From positions 18,680,871 to 18,744,870 of the forward strand of contig NC_092676.1 in the NCBI RefSeq assembly GCF_964355755.1: a stretch of DNA of 64,000 nucleotides, read 5' to 3'. The stretch comes from Antedon mediterranea (lineage: Eukaryota > Animalia > Echinodermata). How positions within the stretch are numbered: the stretch's first letter is position 1; every line of letters begins with the position of its first letter. Below the pieces are notes generated by a model. It was not told the origin of the DNA. It saw nothing but the letters and a program-made list of their open reading frames with translations, and searched no databases. Below are positions 25,956 to 40,307 of the stretch, one piece after another. Position numbers and translations under genes: made by a program.

Positions 25956-27170
25956 ATTCACTTATCAATATCTTTATAAAATGAATGAGAACAAAGGACA
26001 TAATAGAATTACACTATCATGTGAGAGGCATTGAGTTGAGACCATTGCTGTATTATTTTAGCTGTGTTTACTATTAAGGAAATGCTTTTACTCTCATTGC
26101 CTTCATTTAAAATGGTTCTACTGTATTTCCTATTTTTTAAACAAAAATTCAACTCTAAAATAGAAGGAACCTACAGAGAGTATCTATAATTGAATCAGTA
26201 TGATGATAATATTTCTAAATATTATCCATGGTTTTTAGAAATGCATGATATTCCTCTATTTGCACATTCTTAAGGTTTCACTCCCATTTTCCAAACCCCA
26301 TTGGCCAAATACCACATCCACAATTTTACTTCTTTCAAATCTGATTGGTAGATGTGAATATGCTTCCTTTAAAAAATAGTGTTTAAATTTCTTTTTAAAA
26401 CGTTAAACAGTTTTGCATGAAAATGTATTGTTGTAAACAAACTGGTCACACCATAAAATGAGTTAAAATTATTAATTAGATTCTAGAGTACAATCTATTT
26501 AAATGTTAATTTAGTTTAACCATCGAGGTGGTTTAATTTAAATAGTTTCATAAGCAAAATCGAATTTATTTTTGTTTTTTATATGTTTGTTCACTTGTTT
26601 GGTTTTCTTATTATTGTCATCAGTTTTCTGTGTTATTTACATATATTTACTTAAATAACTAATAAACATTAAACCAACCTGATGGTTCTTGAGCTTTCAA
26701 ATGTGTTCATACTTTTTAGAATACTTTTTGAAATCTGGACGTTTCTGAATTCCTTGATTTAAAATAATGGGGAAGAAAAGTAAAAATAAAATCTTAACTA
26801 AAACTGAACAGATAGAGGAGCATTTAATTCATGTTATAGTTCAGTTAATTTGTGATAAAAGCTTTGTTTTAACAATTTATTCAAAAAATTTGCTTTGAAA
26901 TAATTTTTAGATTTGTAGTTTTTCTCCTTAATATATTGCTTCTGATCAAATTTGTTTTCATCGATCATCATGTTATATTCCAAACCATTGTAGAGTGTTT
27001 ATGGAATATTCATTTATTTTAATTTTCACTTTATTTTTATTGTTCTTTACACTTTATAAAAATAATAAAAAGAAAATTAATTTTGAATGAGAAAGCTATA
27101 TTTTTTATTATAAATTTATGATCAACAGTTTAGGATACATAGGTATAAACATACATATTTTTCAATGCAG

Positions 27171-27288
27171 TCTCTGCTACAAGATATTGATGGAAAGCGC
27201 CCTCAACTTGATCTCTTGGTCAGCAAAGCAAGGACGATACAACAAGAATCTGAAAATGAAGCAAATAAAGAGCAATTGCAAGAGAAAA
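27171..27288 (+). CDS. DMD: Dystrophin-like exon, equivalent to DMD exon 52
   Basis: atgcag acceptor, aaa|gtaagt donor, 118 nt, phase 0->1; SLLQDIDGKRPQLDLLVSKARTIQQESENEANKEQLQEK resembles ATMQDLEQRRPQLEELITAAQNLK. Confidence 0.93.
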
Positions 27289-27869
27289 GTAAGTAAACAT
27301 TATTGGATGAACTTTGACATGGTTTAAATTTGTATTTGTTGCTGAATTAAATCATACATTATTAATTTATATTCTCATTTTTTGATTCATGGAATAAATG
27401 ATTGGATAGGAACTGACATTATCTGTATGTAAAGTATGATTTCATTGCATCAGATGGTTCAAAGGTTTTAGTACACAACATTTATTTTTAGGTTTTCTTG
27501 TTTTTGTTTTTTATATTTTTCAGCAAAAGGTTAACTATAAGCGAAATCATTTACTATCTTTTTAAAAGGCTTCAATCCTGTTCACAAGACAAAAATATAT
27601 ACAAGATGCTCTACATGAAATTAGTCTTTAATGTAAACCTTTGTCTTTGGTAATGGAGTTTTTTTCTGTCATGAGAAGATATCCTATTGTCTGACGCAAT
27701 TCAACCCAGACCCTGCATGGGATTGGTACCTTCTTAACCACCAAGCTACACTTCCACTCTGAGGTTGCGATTGTACTATGCAATGAGGATGGCCAGAGAT
27801 TATCTATATTCCATGTTTCTCTGCTCTTTATGAATATTAATTGTATTAAAAAACATGTTTATTTTATAG

Positions 27870-28081
27870 TTGAAAAACTTGTTGCCTTATTTGACGAAGC
27901 TGCGGCCAAAGTTAGCTCACGTAAAGATCAACTGGAAGCCATGTTGTCAGAATCACAGCAGTTCCATGACCTTAAACAGGAGCTTCTAAACTGGATGTCC
28001 AAGATGGAGGGTCAGCTAGATTCCATGGACAATGTCAGTGATAGTGTTGACATTCTCAAGAATCAACTGGAATCACAAAAG
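27870..28081 (+). CDS. DMD: Dystrophin-like exon, equivalent to DMD exon 53
   Basis: ttatag acceptor, aag|gtttgt donor, 212 nt, phase 1->0; EKLVALFDEAAAKVSSRKDQLEAMLSESQQFHDLKQELLNWMSKMEGQLDS. Confidence 0.93.
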
Positions 28082-28954
28082 GTTTGTACAGAGGTCTTCC
28101 TCTAATTAAGAACCGCTTTAACAGTCTTGATCTTGATTATAGTCACAAGCAGTAGGTCATGACAGAATCGAATGAATGAGTCTCTTTCTTTAGAATACTT
28201 TTGAGAGGTAGCCAAGATTGTGTCAAGGAGGTTGGATCATAATTTTGTTGTTATTTTGTGGGTAAAATACCAATACAACTCCATTACCTACAATGTTGAA
28301 ACATGAACTAAGATGTTCTTTTCTAGATGTAAAACATGAGTACTAATGAGCAGTCTCCTTTATTGCCTGTAACTTTATCAATACTTTTAAATGCGTTTCA
28401 TTGTAAAGGCTGTTAATAGAAAAGTTGTTGGAAATAAACTTTTTTATTTATTTATTTTATTTTAATCATTTTGGCAATAGACATGATAAACTTTACAAAA
28501 CAAAGAAATATATAATATAAAAGAAGAAGATGGAGCATCATCAATAACATTTTATCTTATGCCCTGTGTTCTAATGAGCATGCATTTCACAGCAAATTAT
28601 ATATAATGGTACCTGTAAAGTATATATTGGTACAATTGCATGCTGGTCTTCCTCTAATGAAGAACCATTAACAAGTGATTGTAAAGGGGGTTTCAAGTTT
28701 TTTTCTCAGTGTCATGATCATAATTTTGTTGGCCTTTGTGATGAAAATGTCAATACAATTTCATTAACTTAAATGCAAAGATGCAGATATAGAGACTGGA
28801 TGTTCTTTCATTTCTTGGTAGAAAATATCATGGACCCAGATGCCTTAATTTAAATCTCATGTAATAAAGTGCCTGTACCATATCAATTCTTTTTCATTTA
28901 TACCATTTTTAAAAGACCTTTTCCACTTTGTTTTATGGTGCAATGAATCTTTAA

Positions 28955-29092
28955 ATCTCTGTCTACACTATCAAACTTTTTGTGAAAAAAGGTGTGATGT
29001 GCCAAATATGGTACTAATATGATGCCATCGTTTCCATATATGGGCACATCACATTTTGTTAACACATAAAGTTTAATAGTGTAGAGAGAGCT
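28955..29092. mobile_element. MITE family 1, reverse copy
   Basis: tctctgtctacactatcaaac ... gtttaatagtgtagagagagct. Confidence 0.85.
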
Positions 29093-29800
29093 TATCTCAT
29101 GCACTTTTCACTAATCAACATATTTCAGAACAAATTATAATGATACCTTTCTGTAGTATTTTTTTATAAACATATAGATTTATGAGGTCCAATTTCCTTA
29201 TGGTGAGCAAATGCTAATTTTATGACCCAAAAAATACTCCCTTGTACACACTAATAAACAGATGCCACTTAGTGATCGAAAACTGTGTTAATCATTATAA
29301 GAGAGTTTCACATTTCAAGAAAAAGTGCTCTTCAAGGTGTACCGAATTTTGAAAATCATTTCCCCACGGCAACTGCTTTTATGGCGGTTGTCATTATTTT
29401 AATGTTATCTCTACTTTTTGCGAGTTATTATAAATCATTACTACCGAATCTTGTTTATGAGTAAAATATGATCTGAGCAGGAAGATGTAAACTTTACCTT
29501 TATATTTTATACCTTAAAAACCTGTTGTTTTGGTGTTCTCCTGTTACTCTGTGATTACTGTGGAGCCCAAAATGTTCTATCCTGTCAATCTTAAAAATTA
29601 AACGCTTATAAAAACATTAGACACCACAAATTTATCCCAGGAGAGACATACACTCAACCATTTATTTGGACAAGCTTTTATCCTGTGTACTAAACCTATG
29701 TCACAATACAAACCAAAGTTATTAGAATACGATTTTCATTATTAACATACAACATGAGAATTTGATGCAATAATTTACTTTTGGTGTGTTTGTTTTTTAG

Positions 29801-29955
29801 GCTTTTATTGAAGAGGTAGAGCAATGGAAGGCATGCATCGATGCAGTAAATGAGTCTGGTGACAAGTTGATAGCTGATTTTAGTGTAGATGACACAAGTC
29901 GTATCACACAGATCCTGAAGCATGTAAATGAAAGATGGCAAGGGATATGTGAACA
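29801..29955 (+). CDS. DMD: Dystrophin-like exon, equivalent to DMD exon 54
   Basis: ttttag acceptor, ca|gtaagt donor, 155 nt, phase 0->2; AFIEEVEQWKACIDAVNESGDKLIADFSVDDTSRITQILKHVNERW resembles LRQWQTNVDVANDLALKLLRDYSADDTRKV. Confidence 0.94.
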
Positions 29956-30082
29956 GTAAGTCACTTTTTTCCAACAGTTTTAAACGAGTAGTCTATTTAA
30001 AAGCTTAAAAATAACTTTTTTTACAAATGTTATCATACTACATCCATGGAAAGTGGCATACCCAGAAATTATAAGTGTTATA

Positions 30083-30550
30083 CCACTACTCCAGAAATTC
30101 CCCAGGTGAACCTACCACTACTTCAGGGATTCCCCAGGTGAACCTACCACTACTTCAGGGATTCCCCAGGTGAACCTACAGTACCACTACTTCAGGGATT
30201 TCCCAGGTGTACCTACTACTCCAGGGCTTCCTCAGTTGTATCCACCACTCCAGGAATTCCCCAGGTTTACTACCACTCCAGTGATTTCCCAGGTGTACCT
30301 ACTACTCCAGGGCTTCCTCAGTTGTATCCACCACTCCAGGAATTCCCCAGGTTTACTACCACTCCATTGATTTCCCAGGTGTACCTACTACTCCAGGGCT
30401 TCCTCAGTTGTACTCACCACTCCACGAATTACCTATGGGTACTCTGGGAATTTTACAGGTTTTTACCCACCTAACACTCTGAAATTCCCCAGATGTACCT
30501 ACCACTCCAGGAATTCCCCAGGTGTACTACCACTCCAGTTATTTCTCAGG
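30083..30550. repeat. Degenerate minisatellite (ccactccaggaattccccaggt-type units)
   Basis: Repeated ccactccag/ttccccaggt motifs with higher-order repetition. Confidence 0.85.
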
Positions 30551-32832
30551 TTGTCTCATCGGTTCATCCCAGGGATGTACATTTACAGATCACAGGACCC
30601 TCCTACTTTGTATTAACTACCTCAATCATAGTGTATGCTAAAGGAGGATTTGAAAGATGGAATACGCATATTTTAATTACTGACAATTCGATATGTGGTA
30701 TAGTCATGGTTTAAAAGCATATGAGTATATTGACAATTGCTTTAGGATCTTTATTCTCTCGGTATTAGAGGTCAAAGCGAGGGCGCACTATTGATTTTCT
30801 GATGCATAACTTAGCACAGATACTGTACAAAATGGTGACCTCACAGTGTACTTTATTAGTTTGTGTCAGAAGATGTATCTTTTAAAATATTGTTTTTATG
30901 AAGACAATTTGTGTTATTCCATTAGAAGTTTTTAAAAAAGGGAAGAAAAACAAATTTGAATTAAAACACAAATTTTACAAACTTATTGAAACACACAAAC
31001 ATCTTTATCACTACCGTATGAATGATAGATTTAAGCATTTATACAATTTCACCATAACACACTGTACAAAACGTGTAAAATGCGTGCATTTTAGAAATAT
31101 AGAAATCATTTGTGGACAATGAGTAGTAGTTTGCTGATCTGATTTTCAACAAAAGTTTACTTTCAATTGCATAACTTGTTAAACATACAAAGATAACACG
31201 GCAATTTGTGCATATTTCTGTACTATAAAGTTTACAGCACAATTGTTTGTCCTTTTGTTTAGTTAAAGAAAAAAATGTCACATTCATTCAGTATTATGTT
31301 GGATAATGTCAAATTACTTTAATGAGAAAATTATATAACATACTCATTGAAATGTCATAAACCTTCCAAGATGATCGTGTTAATGCCATTTGTTATATCA
31401 TTAAAACATTTAATGTATACTTTATGGAAAATCATCTGACAATTAGAGATTTGCGTGTTGGTGACCCTTAGATGATGTGGCCATTATAGATAGATTTTAC
31501 ATTGCAAATGAAACTCTAACTTGTTATTTCTGATTTAGATTTTGGTTGTATTTCAGTTATGAGCACTCTTTGGCTAAAGAGGCCCAGATATCATCTATGA
31601 TATGAGCAGCCCCAATGCAACTACCCAGCGTTGGAGCTCCCCTTAGGAGTGCTAAACCAGGGATGTTTCCCCCTGTGTTATATACCACTGCCAATAATTA
31701 CATGGTTTAAGTATTAATTGTTTTCTAAAACTCTACTTCGACAACTCCCTGGACAAACATACCCTGGTAGTGCTGACCATTTTAAATTATTGTTTATGGT
31801 TTTTGTTTTAAAATTAAAATTTGTTAAAGAAAAGATATACAAATGTTTATTGCCTACAAAGAATAAAATATATTATTGTTGAAATAGTGTTTAAATGCCA
31901 GTAAATATTTTTAAAAAAAGAGTCTAAATTTAATAATCAGGTGATCTGCCTTCAAGTGATCTATTGCGTTTGTAAGGGTTCTTTTTTTTTACATGATATA
32001 TTCATGTACCTTTTAGATATGCTATTCCTATAAATAAGTTTTATTTTTGGCAGAGCTGAGGTGTCAGACCTACCAAATATATCAACACATAAAACAACTA
32101 GCTTCTTGTCTTCTATAGCCTCAACTAATAAGGTTACACTCTGCTACAAGTTGAACTTTTGTATACTGTACTATTTATCATGTTTAATTTAGTAGTGATG
32201 GGTATAAATCTGGGAATTTTATGGTAGGTTTGGGATTCATATTGATGACTTTCTGACCTGATAAAAAGCAATACATTCTTAGCTTATGTTTTTATGAGAT
32301 GAGAGCTGCACCTTAGAACAGTCTTGCAGTGTAATATTAATATACTTACTAGGAACATAGTACTCTAGGTTAATTGCATTGGCCATTGGCCATAGAGAAT
32401 ATAGAATAATTTAAACCTCACATAAATGCATGAAATTATTTTCTGCAATTCAGAAATATCTATTTTAATATCTATAGTATGTTACTAAAGTTTTATGAAC
32501 TATTGAAATATAAATACGTCAGAGAGAGCAAAACACAGGGTGGATCCAGGATTTCGAAATAAGGAGGTCCCAAGGAATTAAAGTGGTGAAATGAACCAAT
32601 TTTTTACTGTTTCTAATCACAATTTTCATGATCAATTTAAATCTTGATTTGATCACTTGATTTCTGAAGTCGTGATGATCAAATAAAGTTGAAATAGTTG
32701 TTACTATTAATGCCTGCAATAACAACATTAAATCTAAACCAAAAATTTGTCGGTTTGTTGTTAATAATGAGATTTATTAAATTATGAATAATTTTGCTAA
32801 CATTAACTTTATATTGTTTACTACTTGTACTA

Positions 32833-33526
32833 TCTATCTATCTATCTAGGCAATTAGTTCATCCATTGTTGAATGAAGCCCTCCTCATAACATTTCCATT
32901 TCTGTCTAATTCTTGCTGTCCTAGTCCATGCAGCCGTTCCAATGTATGTTGTTAGATCATCTCACCTTCTTTTTTGTCTTCCTCTTTTCCTCTTTCCTAC
33001 CCTTGGTTGCCATTCTGTTAATCTGTATGTCCATCTATTATCTTGAAATCTCGCCACATGCCCAGCCCATCTCCATTTTGATTGTCTTACTTTCTCCATT
33101 ATATCTGTAACACCTGTCTTTTTTCTTATGATTGTATGATTTACCCTGTCTCGAAGCGATAAGTTCATCATCTTCCTTTCCATTGCTCTTTGAGTAGTTG
33201 TAAGTTTCTGTTCAAGTTCCTTTGTTATTGCCCATGTCTCTGAACCATATGTCATACTTGATAGCACACATTGGTTAAATAATTTCTTTCTCAGTGGCAT
33301 TGGTATACTCTTGTCAGTCAACATGTGTTTGTGTCTGCCAAAATTCATCCATCCTGCTTTTATTCTTAACATAACTTCTTCCTTCGTGGTGTCTTCCATT
33401 TTCAGTGTTTGTCCTAGATATTTATATTCTTCCACTTTTTCTAGTTTCCGGCCCTCTATTTCAATGTCTTCCTGTGTGTCAAAGTTAGTCATGTATTTTG
33501 TTTTGTCTTTGTGCATAGTTAGTCCG
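32833..33526 (-). mobile_element. 5'-truncated RTE-clade LINE fragment, inactive
   Basis: YKYLGQ, LSSMTYGSETW, KWRWAGHVAR, WQPRVGKRKRGRQKRR then TGA where Trp is expected; (TAGA)n tail; flanks ta(c/g)ttgtacta at 32822 and 33527 look like a TSD. Confidence 0.9.
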
Positions 33527-34134
33527 TAGTTGTACTACTTTGAACTAACTTGTCTATTAAACAATTAAAAAATATAAATCTATTGTGTTATTCATAATTG
33601 ACCTTGACACGAGAGGCCCTACTTGTCCATTATTCCATACTTTCTAGCTAAGCCAGTTCTGTCTCAATTGTTTGTGGTAAGAAACCCATAGTGGTTGTGT
33701 AAGAAAATTTGTTGTGTTATTAGTGTAGTAATATTTTATGACTTCAGCGCTAAATATCATGAAATCATGTAAGTCTTAATTTTCACAAGTTTTTTTTTAT
33801 TAGTTTAAGGTCTGTTTGCTCAAAATTTGTTTTACTAATATGTATTGGTAAATAATATATTGCTAATTATTATAAAGACCTATATTTTTGTTGTCAGTTT
33901 AATCATTGGTTTGTGTTTATACCTGCCAGTTTCTTATATCTATAGTGTTTACTAGGATAGGAGGCATCCTAGTCCTGAGAAGGCCAAAACAAAAATGGTG
34001 CTAAACCGCAGTTTAAACCCTGGCTATCCACGAGGGCATCCACATACTTTGGTACAGGCATAGACTTTCTCCCTCTCCCATGAACATTCTTCTTTAACAG
34101 TGCTGACTTTTTCTTTTGTACTTTGTAACGGTTA

Positions 34135-34297
34135 AGCTTGGTTCCCACTGAGATGCAACACAAGGAAGTAGACGCAACTCAAACTAGTTGACCAATAAAA
34201 AGTGACAATCGTATAAGTCAATCGCTTGTGATTGGTCAAATCTCTTATTTTGGGTTACGTTGTTGTGTTGCATGCCATCTCTAGTGTGAAACAAGCA
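34135..34297. mobile_element. Degenerate Harbinger-like MITE
   Basis: gcttggttcccactgagatgc ... catctctagtgtgaaacaagc termini; internal tgaccaat/attggtca symmetry. Confidence 0.65.
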
Positions 34298-34777
34298 TTA
34301 GGGCTAGGCTTTAGTTGACGGAACATACCCACTTCTCATTCTCTCTGAACTCTGAATATATATAATTTTTGTATTTCGATTGATTGATAGCATTCTTGTT
34401 TCTTGTTCATGCAATTGAAAACATGAATCCCACCCGGGATCCCACTCAACTTTCACTTTGCCTTTTTTCTCTTTGAGAAAGCTACCACTTTTGTTATCTT
34501 AATATGCTTTTCACAAATTAGTTGCATTAGCAAGGAGTATGATTAGCCTCTTGATAATATCCTTTGTTTCCACTTTGTACCTCTTGATCTATAGTACAGT
34601 GTCTCTAGAATGAAGTTAAATATCTATATATTTTCAACTTGGTGACATAAAAGAATGTGCATTCTATGCTAAATGATGCTGCTGATTGATTTTGTCAACA
34701 ACATTCCGATATTGTTTGTAGTAACATTATTAACAGTTTGGCTTTTTCTCTTTGATCTTTTTCCGTATTGCTTAAAG

Positions 34778-34967
34778 GTCCAAGTTACGAATCATCCAAA
34801 TTGAGGAGACGTTGAGGTCACTGCAAGACTATGACGGACAAGCAGATGACTTTTTGCTTTGGGTCGCTACTATGGAAACTAGACTGGGTTCGATGGATAG
34901 CGAAACATTGCTTGAAGGCTCGATGGAAGACAAACATGATGTGAAAGATCTATTAGAACAACACAGA
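34778..34967 (+). CDS. DMD: Dystrophin-like exon, equivalent to DMD exon 55
   Basis: pyrimidine tract plus aag acceptor, aga|gtgagt donor, 190 nt, phase 2->0; SKLRIIQIEETLRSLQDYDGQADDFLLWVATMET...VKDLLEQHR. Confidence 0.92.
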
Positions 34968-35049
34968 GTGAGTGATTATTTGATTTATACCACTACACTA
35001 CACTATAATAAAAATGAATGAACACTTTTCCTCATCCATGAAAGTATAA

Positions 35050-35238
35050 AGCTCTGTCTACACTATCAAACTTTATGTGACAAAATGTAATGTGCCCATA
35101 TATGAACATGATGATGTCATTACCACCATATTTGGGCATATCACTATCATATTTGGGCATATCACTATCATATTTGGGCATATCACTACCATATTTGGGC
35201 ACATGACATTTTTTTGTCAAAACAGTTTTATAGTGTAG
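35050..35238. mobile_element. MITE family 1 copy, ~4 internal units, right TIR damaged
   Basis: taa+agctctgtctacactatcaaac; repeated atatcacta(c/t)catatttgggc. Confidence 0.85.
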
Positions 35239-37095
35239 TGTACCTACATGCCTTTATAATAAAATAGCCATTGTCTATCTATTTTTAAAGAATTTTGACC
35301 GCTCTCTAACTGATGTAATTCCATGATAACTCATGTTATAAAAATGGACACACAAAAATAATAACTCATTTCGAAGTGCCAGGTTGGTTTAAAGTCGATA
35401 ACCATCAATTGTGGCCAGATTCTGAAAATAAGCATAGTTGAATCACACTACAAGAGCAGCATCTGCCTGTTTTATCCCTTCTGTCTATACCGGTGTTAGA
35501 TGTGATCTTAAAACGACCAATCCTGAAATGAAACTAGGCAACAGTCAAGAGGAAATTCCAACGTATAAAATCAGACAAGGAGAATGTATATTTAATGAAA
35601 AATTGCTTTTTTATTGTTTATATTATACTATATAAAGTGAAAGTAACATGTGTCCAGTATACACTTATTATGTTAACATACATCCATAGGGTTTAAATGT
35701 CACTCCATGGGTGACATATCTGCCTAATTTCTACTACCAACATAAGCTGTGGGTGTCGGATATGTAGGCGTGTGCAACAGATTTACTTTCTTTTAGCATG
35801 TAATATTTTAATATTTCAGTTGAATATGATTCCAATGCAATATTGGGTAAAATAAATTTAGTATGATATTAATGATCTTCAAAATAACATGAGGTGTTCA
35901 CTCTAGACACTAAAATGTTATCTTGGTTCACATGACTCTATCTACGGTTGGACTGAGGACCTTAGACTGCATTTACTTATTAATTTGCCTTGTCCTTACA
36001 TTCCATTATTCCCGGAAAATAGATATACGGTAATAAAAACGACATATTGAAGCACTCACATCTGTTAGCTACTCTTTAGAAATTATAATATGGTGTTACG
36101 CAAACATTTCCTAGGTGTATTGTATGTACCGTATTAAAGTTGTTTTCTTCACATAACGTTAGTTTTAATTGTATTTTTAGATTACAAATCAATGATTTTT
36201 AGAATTAATATTTTTTTTACCCCCAAAAATGTATGTTTTGAAATATTTATTATAAACAACTTCTGTTATTTCCGTCTTTTATCATCAGTTTCGTTTTAAG
36301 AATAATGTTTTGTGCACATGTGTTAGGACAGTAGTTTAATCATCTGTTAAGCAGATCAAAGATTATCACCATTTTGAATAACATTAAAAGTTTTTTTGTG
36401 TTGTATATGGAATTTGGCCGAATTCTACCTGATTTGAATAGCATTCACATGGTTATGATCAGGCATAATACATCCTTGACCTTTTAACCTTTTATTAGTC
36501 TTCTCTTATCCACTATTTTTTACACAAATTCTATAACATTGATTTCTTGTACAGTAATAGAAAAAGAGCTATATATCATGAAATGAAAACCCTAGCCTTC
36601 TAAGACCTTTCACCTCTCCTAATTCATTCAGTGAGCTAGTTTCATCAACAGAGATGCTCACTGTGTTACTGATGTGGGGTTTGGTGTTGATACTTAAAAA
36701 CTTGTGGTGGTGTAGTAACAGTTAAGAGCCTTGAGCTAAGAACTTAGGAATGTTGCTAGCTAATTATTACAGTATAATACTGTACTTTCTTACTAGTTGA
36801 TGGGTTTAGCTAGCCTACCACCTCCAGTGTGTATACCAACTTGTTAGATGTAATAAGGACTGCACAGGTTGAGGAGGTTGAAGGTAACCTGGGGTGATAA
36901 ACATCTGGTATTTCACTTTCGAGAAATTCAAACAGGCATATTTCATTTGATATTGATTTGAGCAGATTAAACATTTGTTGCTTTTCCTGTAAAATTTTTC
37001 TGAAAACTCACAAGGTTTTGAGGTCCATGTCTTTGCTTCAGGATTCATAGAATTGTGTTTACTATTTAATTGATTGAATGACGCAGTTCCAGACT

Positions 37096-37131
37096 ATGGA
37101 TTGGGATTGGGATGATTTATATCAGACTTGG
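37096..37131 (+). CDS. Candidate alternative first exon A (coding part MDWDWDDLYQTW) for a Dp116-like isoform
   Basis: actATGG start context, 12 codons, consensus tgg|gtaagt donor, phase 0 matching exon at 59798. Confidence 0.5.
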
Positions 37132-37502
37132 GTAAGTTCATTTTTAAGTATACTTTGAAACTTTGAAAGGTCAATTTAATGCTAGCAATAGCACTTTGTT
37201 ATACTACTTTATCGCTATCTTGGAACATTTTTAGCCAGGTTTGAATGAGTAGGATGGAGGTATTAAGGGAAATCACGTTTTTGTACCATGCTGTATGTAT
37301 TAGTTTTTTTAATCGTCATACGATTTTTATGCTACTGTAAGCAGTTATTTTTGTTCTTTATTCGTTGCCAATTTCAATACTTAAGAATAATAATAAAAAT
37401 ACAGCTGATGATAGAAAAATAGTATTTCCGAAAGCTTTCTCTTTACGTTTTTTGCATCTCAATTGAGACTAGGCCACTGTTAGTGTACCAACCTATTGTT
37501 GG

Positions 37503-37689
37503 CAGTGATGTAACGCAGAGTCTCATGTTTCTAGGAACCCTAAGTGGCCCTCTAACGCTGGAGCCCTCGGGCATTTATAGCCTTTTTCGACATATTTTAA
37601 TGCCGTTTTTTTCCTTTGGACACTGCTCAGGGCCTCCATAAGCTCCGGGGCTCCTTGGTTTAGCCAGTGAGTGCTCACAGGCGTTACTG
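37503..37689. mobile_element. hAT-like MITE
   Basis: 8-bp TSD ATTGTTGG at 37495 and 37690; CAGT...TAACGC / GCGTTACTG termini. Confidence 0.75.
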
Positions 37690-38718
37690 ATTGTTGGTTT
37701 CTTTTCTCAGTAATTCGGCTTTGAATTAATAAATAACTTATTATAAACTAAAAATAAAATTTAATTACATTTTATTATATTTAATTTATTCTTAATTTAG
37801 TAGTTTAATGAGTTTGTTTCATATTGTGGTTTTGAGTTTTGTGATGTTCATAGTTATAAAATTCTCAATATCCTACTGTACTGTATTTATATCTGTTGAT
37901 TTCTAATATATTAAACCCATAAAATATATATCTTAACTTCATTATAATTTATTGCATATCAAAATTATAGTTGCTCTCAAATATGTTATATGTACTCTCA
38001 TACGTTTTATTCCCAAATGTTGTATATGTCGTCGGCATGTTGCATCAATAAAGCAGCTCTCCAGAATCTAATATTCATCATAATCAAAATACTAATGTTA
38101 ACTTGGAGTTAGAAGCAAGGAATGTGTTTAATGAGAAACGTCTTGCGTAGATTTGGAGTGGCAATTTCTTCATATATGGTGTTTTTGTATCTTTGGTATG
38201 AGCTTGATGTCTTATATATTATCGTTAACCTCACTCAATGAAATTGTACACCAAGATATATAACTTAATCTATCATATCTGGAGCATACTTCAACCATTA
38301 AATCTCTAATAAACTTACCGTCTTTATTTTAGGAACGTGTGCCGACATTTGGGATTAGATGCTGTATTCTAAATATATTTTTAAAATCTTCCTATAAAAA
38401 GGTAAAAGAGCAAGTAGTATAGTTTTATTTGTCCACTCCGATATGATGGTAACAATAAGCTGATGTTATTACGTACATGAAACCCTATTGTCCTAACCTT
38501 ATTTTGTTAAAGACCTTATTGTAAATAAAATTCATTATTTATTGAACTAAAGAATTTTAACTACTGAATTTGCCAACTTATGTGAAACTTGCAACATAAT
38601 TAACTTTCTGAATTTTCTATTAGGGTTTAAAGAGACCACCATTTGTCAAGATGTTTAATGTCAATCGATTTTAGAGTTCACATAAACAACTTTCACTTTA
38701 GTTAGCAACATTTCTATT

Positions 38719-40307
38719 TATTAGTTATCCGCTGAGTAGCGGATAACTCCTTGTAATCGTCCTGTTTCATCAAATTTTTTTTTTTTTTCTGTATTATACT
38801 TCTTTCTTTCTGTCATTTTTGTGCGTCGCGTTTCTCTAAAACGTGTAAACAGAACATATCGTAAATTTGTCAACACATCGACATTTACGTGAACTTGTGC
38901 ACCTCCTATTTTTGAATGACGTCAGAGTTGCGCAACGTGACGTACGCGCGATTTTATGAATTTCAATGATTGATCATAGACTAAAAACCAAACATAATTT
39001 TGTTTTGACACTTTGTGAAAATTTAAGTCATATCAAGCGCAAACTTTCTATGGATTAAAAATAGCATGTTTCACAAAAAGTTACGCGCGTACGTGCGTTT
39101 AAAATTTTAGGATGCGAAAAATCAACTTCTAATCAACTTTCTATGCGTTTCATGTCATTTTGAGCATGTCAAAAATTCCCACGCGCGCGAAAATTTTTAC
39201 GCACGCGGTGCACACGTAGCGTTAAAAACATATTTTTTTCGCGTGATTTATGTTTTTTCAGCCTTTTCTAGTAATGTTACCAACTTTTAAACAATTTCGA
39301 CTTAAAATTACGTCATACGAGCACGTCGAATTACATAATTTGCACGCGTTTTTGGTGAAAAAGTTCAAAAATTTGTCAAAATTATGCCTATTTTTAAACA
39401 GTCATAGATTCTAAACTACATGGAGAACTTTTTTTTAATTACATATTCTGGAAGTTGATGAGTTGTAGATATCGGATCATGCATTAATATGGGTAACCGG
39501 ACATTGTGACGTCATCGTATGGCCACGCGAATATAAAATATAGGATTTTTGTCTCTTTCGTCATAGCTCATCACATTTAATAGAGCGCATCTCCACTTAT
39601 TCGTTGTCCATTTTCACCCCGATTTTAATATATTCTAGGTCAATCAACTATCTTTTGCATGAATTAAAATTTTTTTAATTTTTTTAACGTCATCATGCCT
39701 AAAAATTTAAATTACGTTGGTCATTAATTTCATCTTTACAGTAAATTTTAATCTGTTATACCTCGTAAGAATAAAATGTGATAATCACGATTAAAACGTT
39801 TTCAGGAAGCTATTGTATTGTAGATACAAAATCATGTGTAAATTGTGCCAATTGAATGTCGTGACGTCATAATATGGCCAGTTAAATAAAAAAAGTCGTA
39901 TTTTCATCTTTTGCATTATATTTCATTACATTTAAAAGAGCGCGCATCAATATTTCACGTATTCAAATTTCTTCTACACGTTAATATGTTGTTGCTGAGA
40001 TAATTTCATTCTGAAATTTCTACTTTTGCATTTCATTTTGAAACCGTCAAGATGTTAAAAATTACAATAAAATACGGGTCCCGTAATTTCACCTATTTTA
40101 TACTGTTTGTGATATGTATACAGATTGTACTGTGTATACTATATGACACAAAATAACAGAATTCAGAAATAACAACATATCATATTCTTCAGTTCAGGTC
40201 ATAATGCCTTAATATTTTTCTGTGCGCAATATTGTAACGTATGACGTGCACGTGGCGTTTGTCGAGCGGATAACTAACTCGTCAAAGTGACGAGTTTCAT
40301 GTCTAGT
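38719..40307 (+). mobile_element. Non-autonomous Helitron/Helentron-like element, copy 1
   Basis: 5' hairpin AGTTATCCGC-tgagta-GCGGATAACT, subterminal repeat GCGGATAACT near 3' end, hairpin ACTCGTCA-aag-TGACGAGT, terminal CTAG in T-rich flank; CpG-rich; no ORF. Confidence 0.8.

Noticed and set aside
24587-26034. Long ORFs (337 aa, 302 aa and others)
   Set aside because: Translations of a 39-bp minisatellite, open in several frames at once; no splice or domain support.
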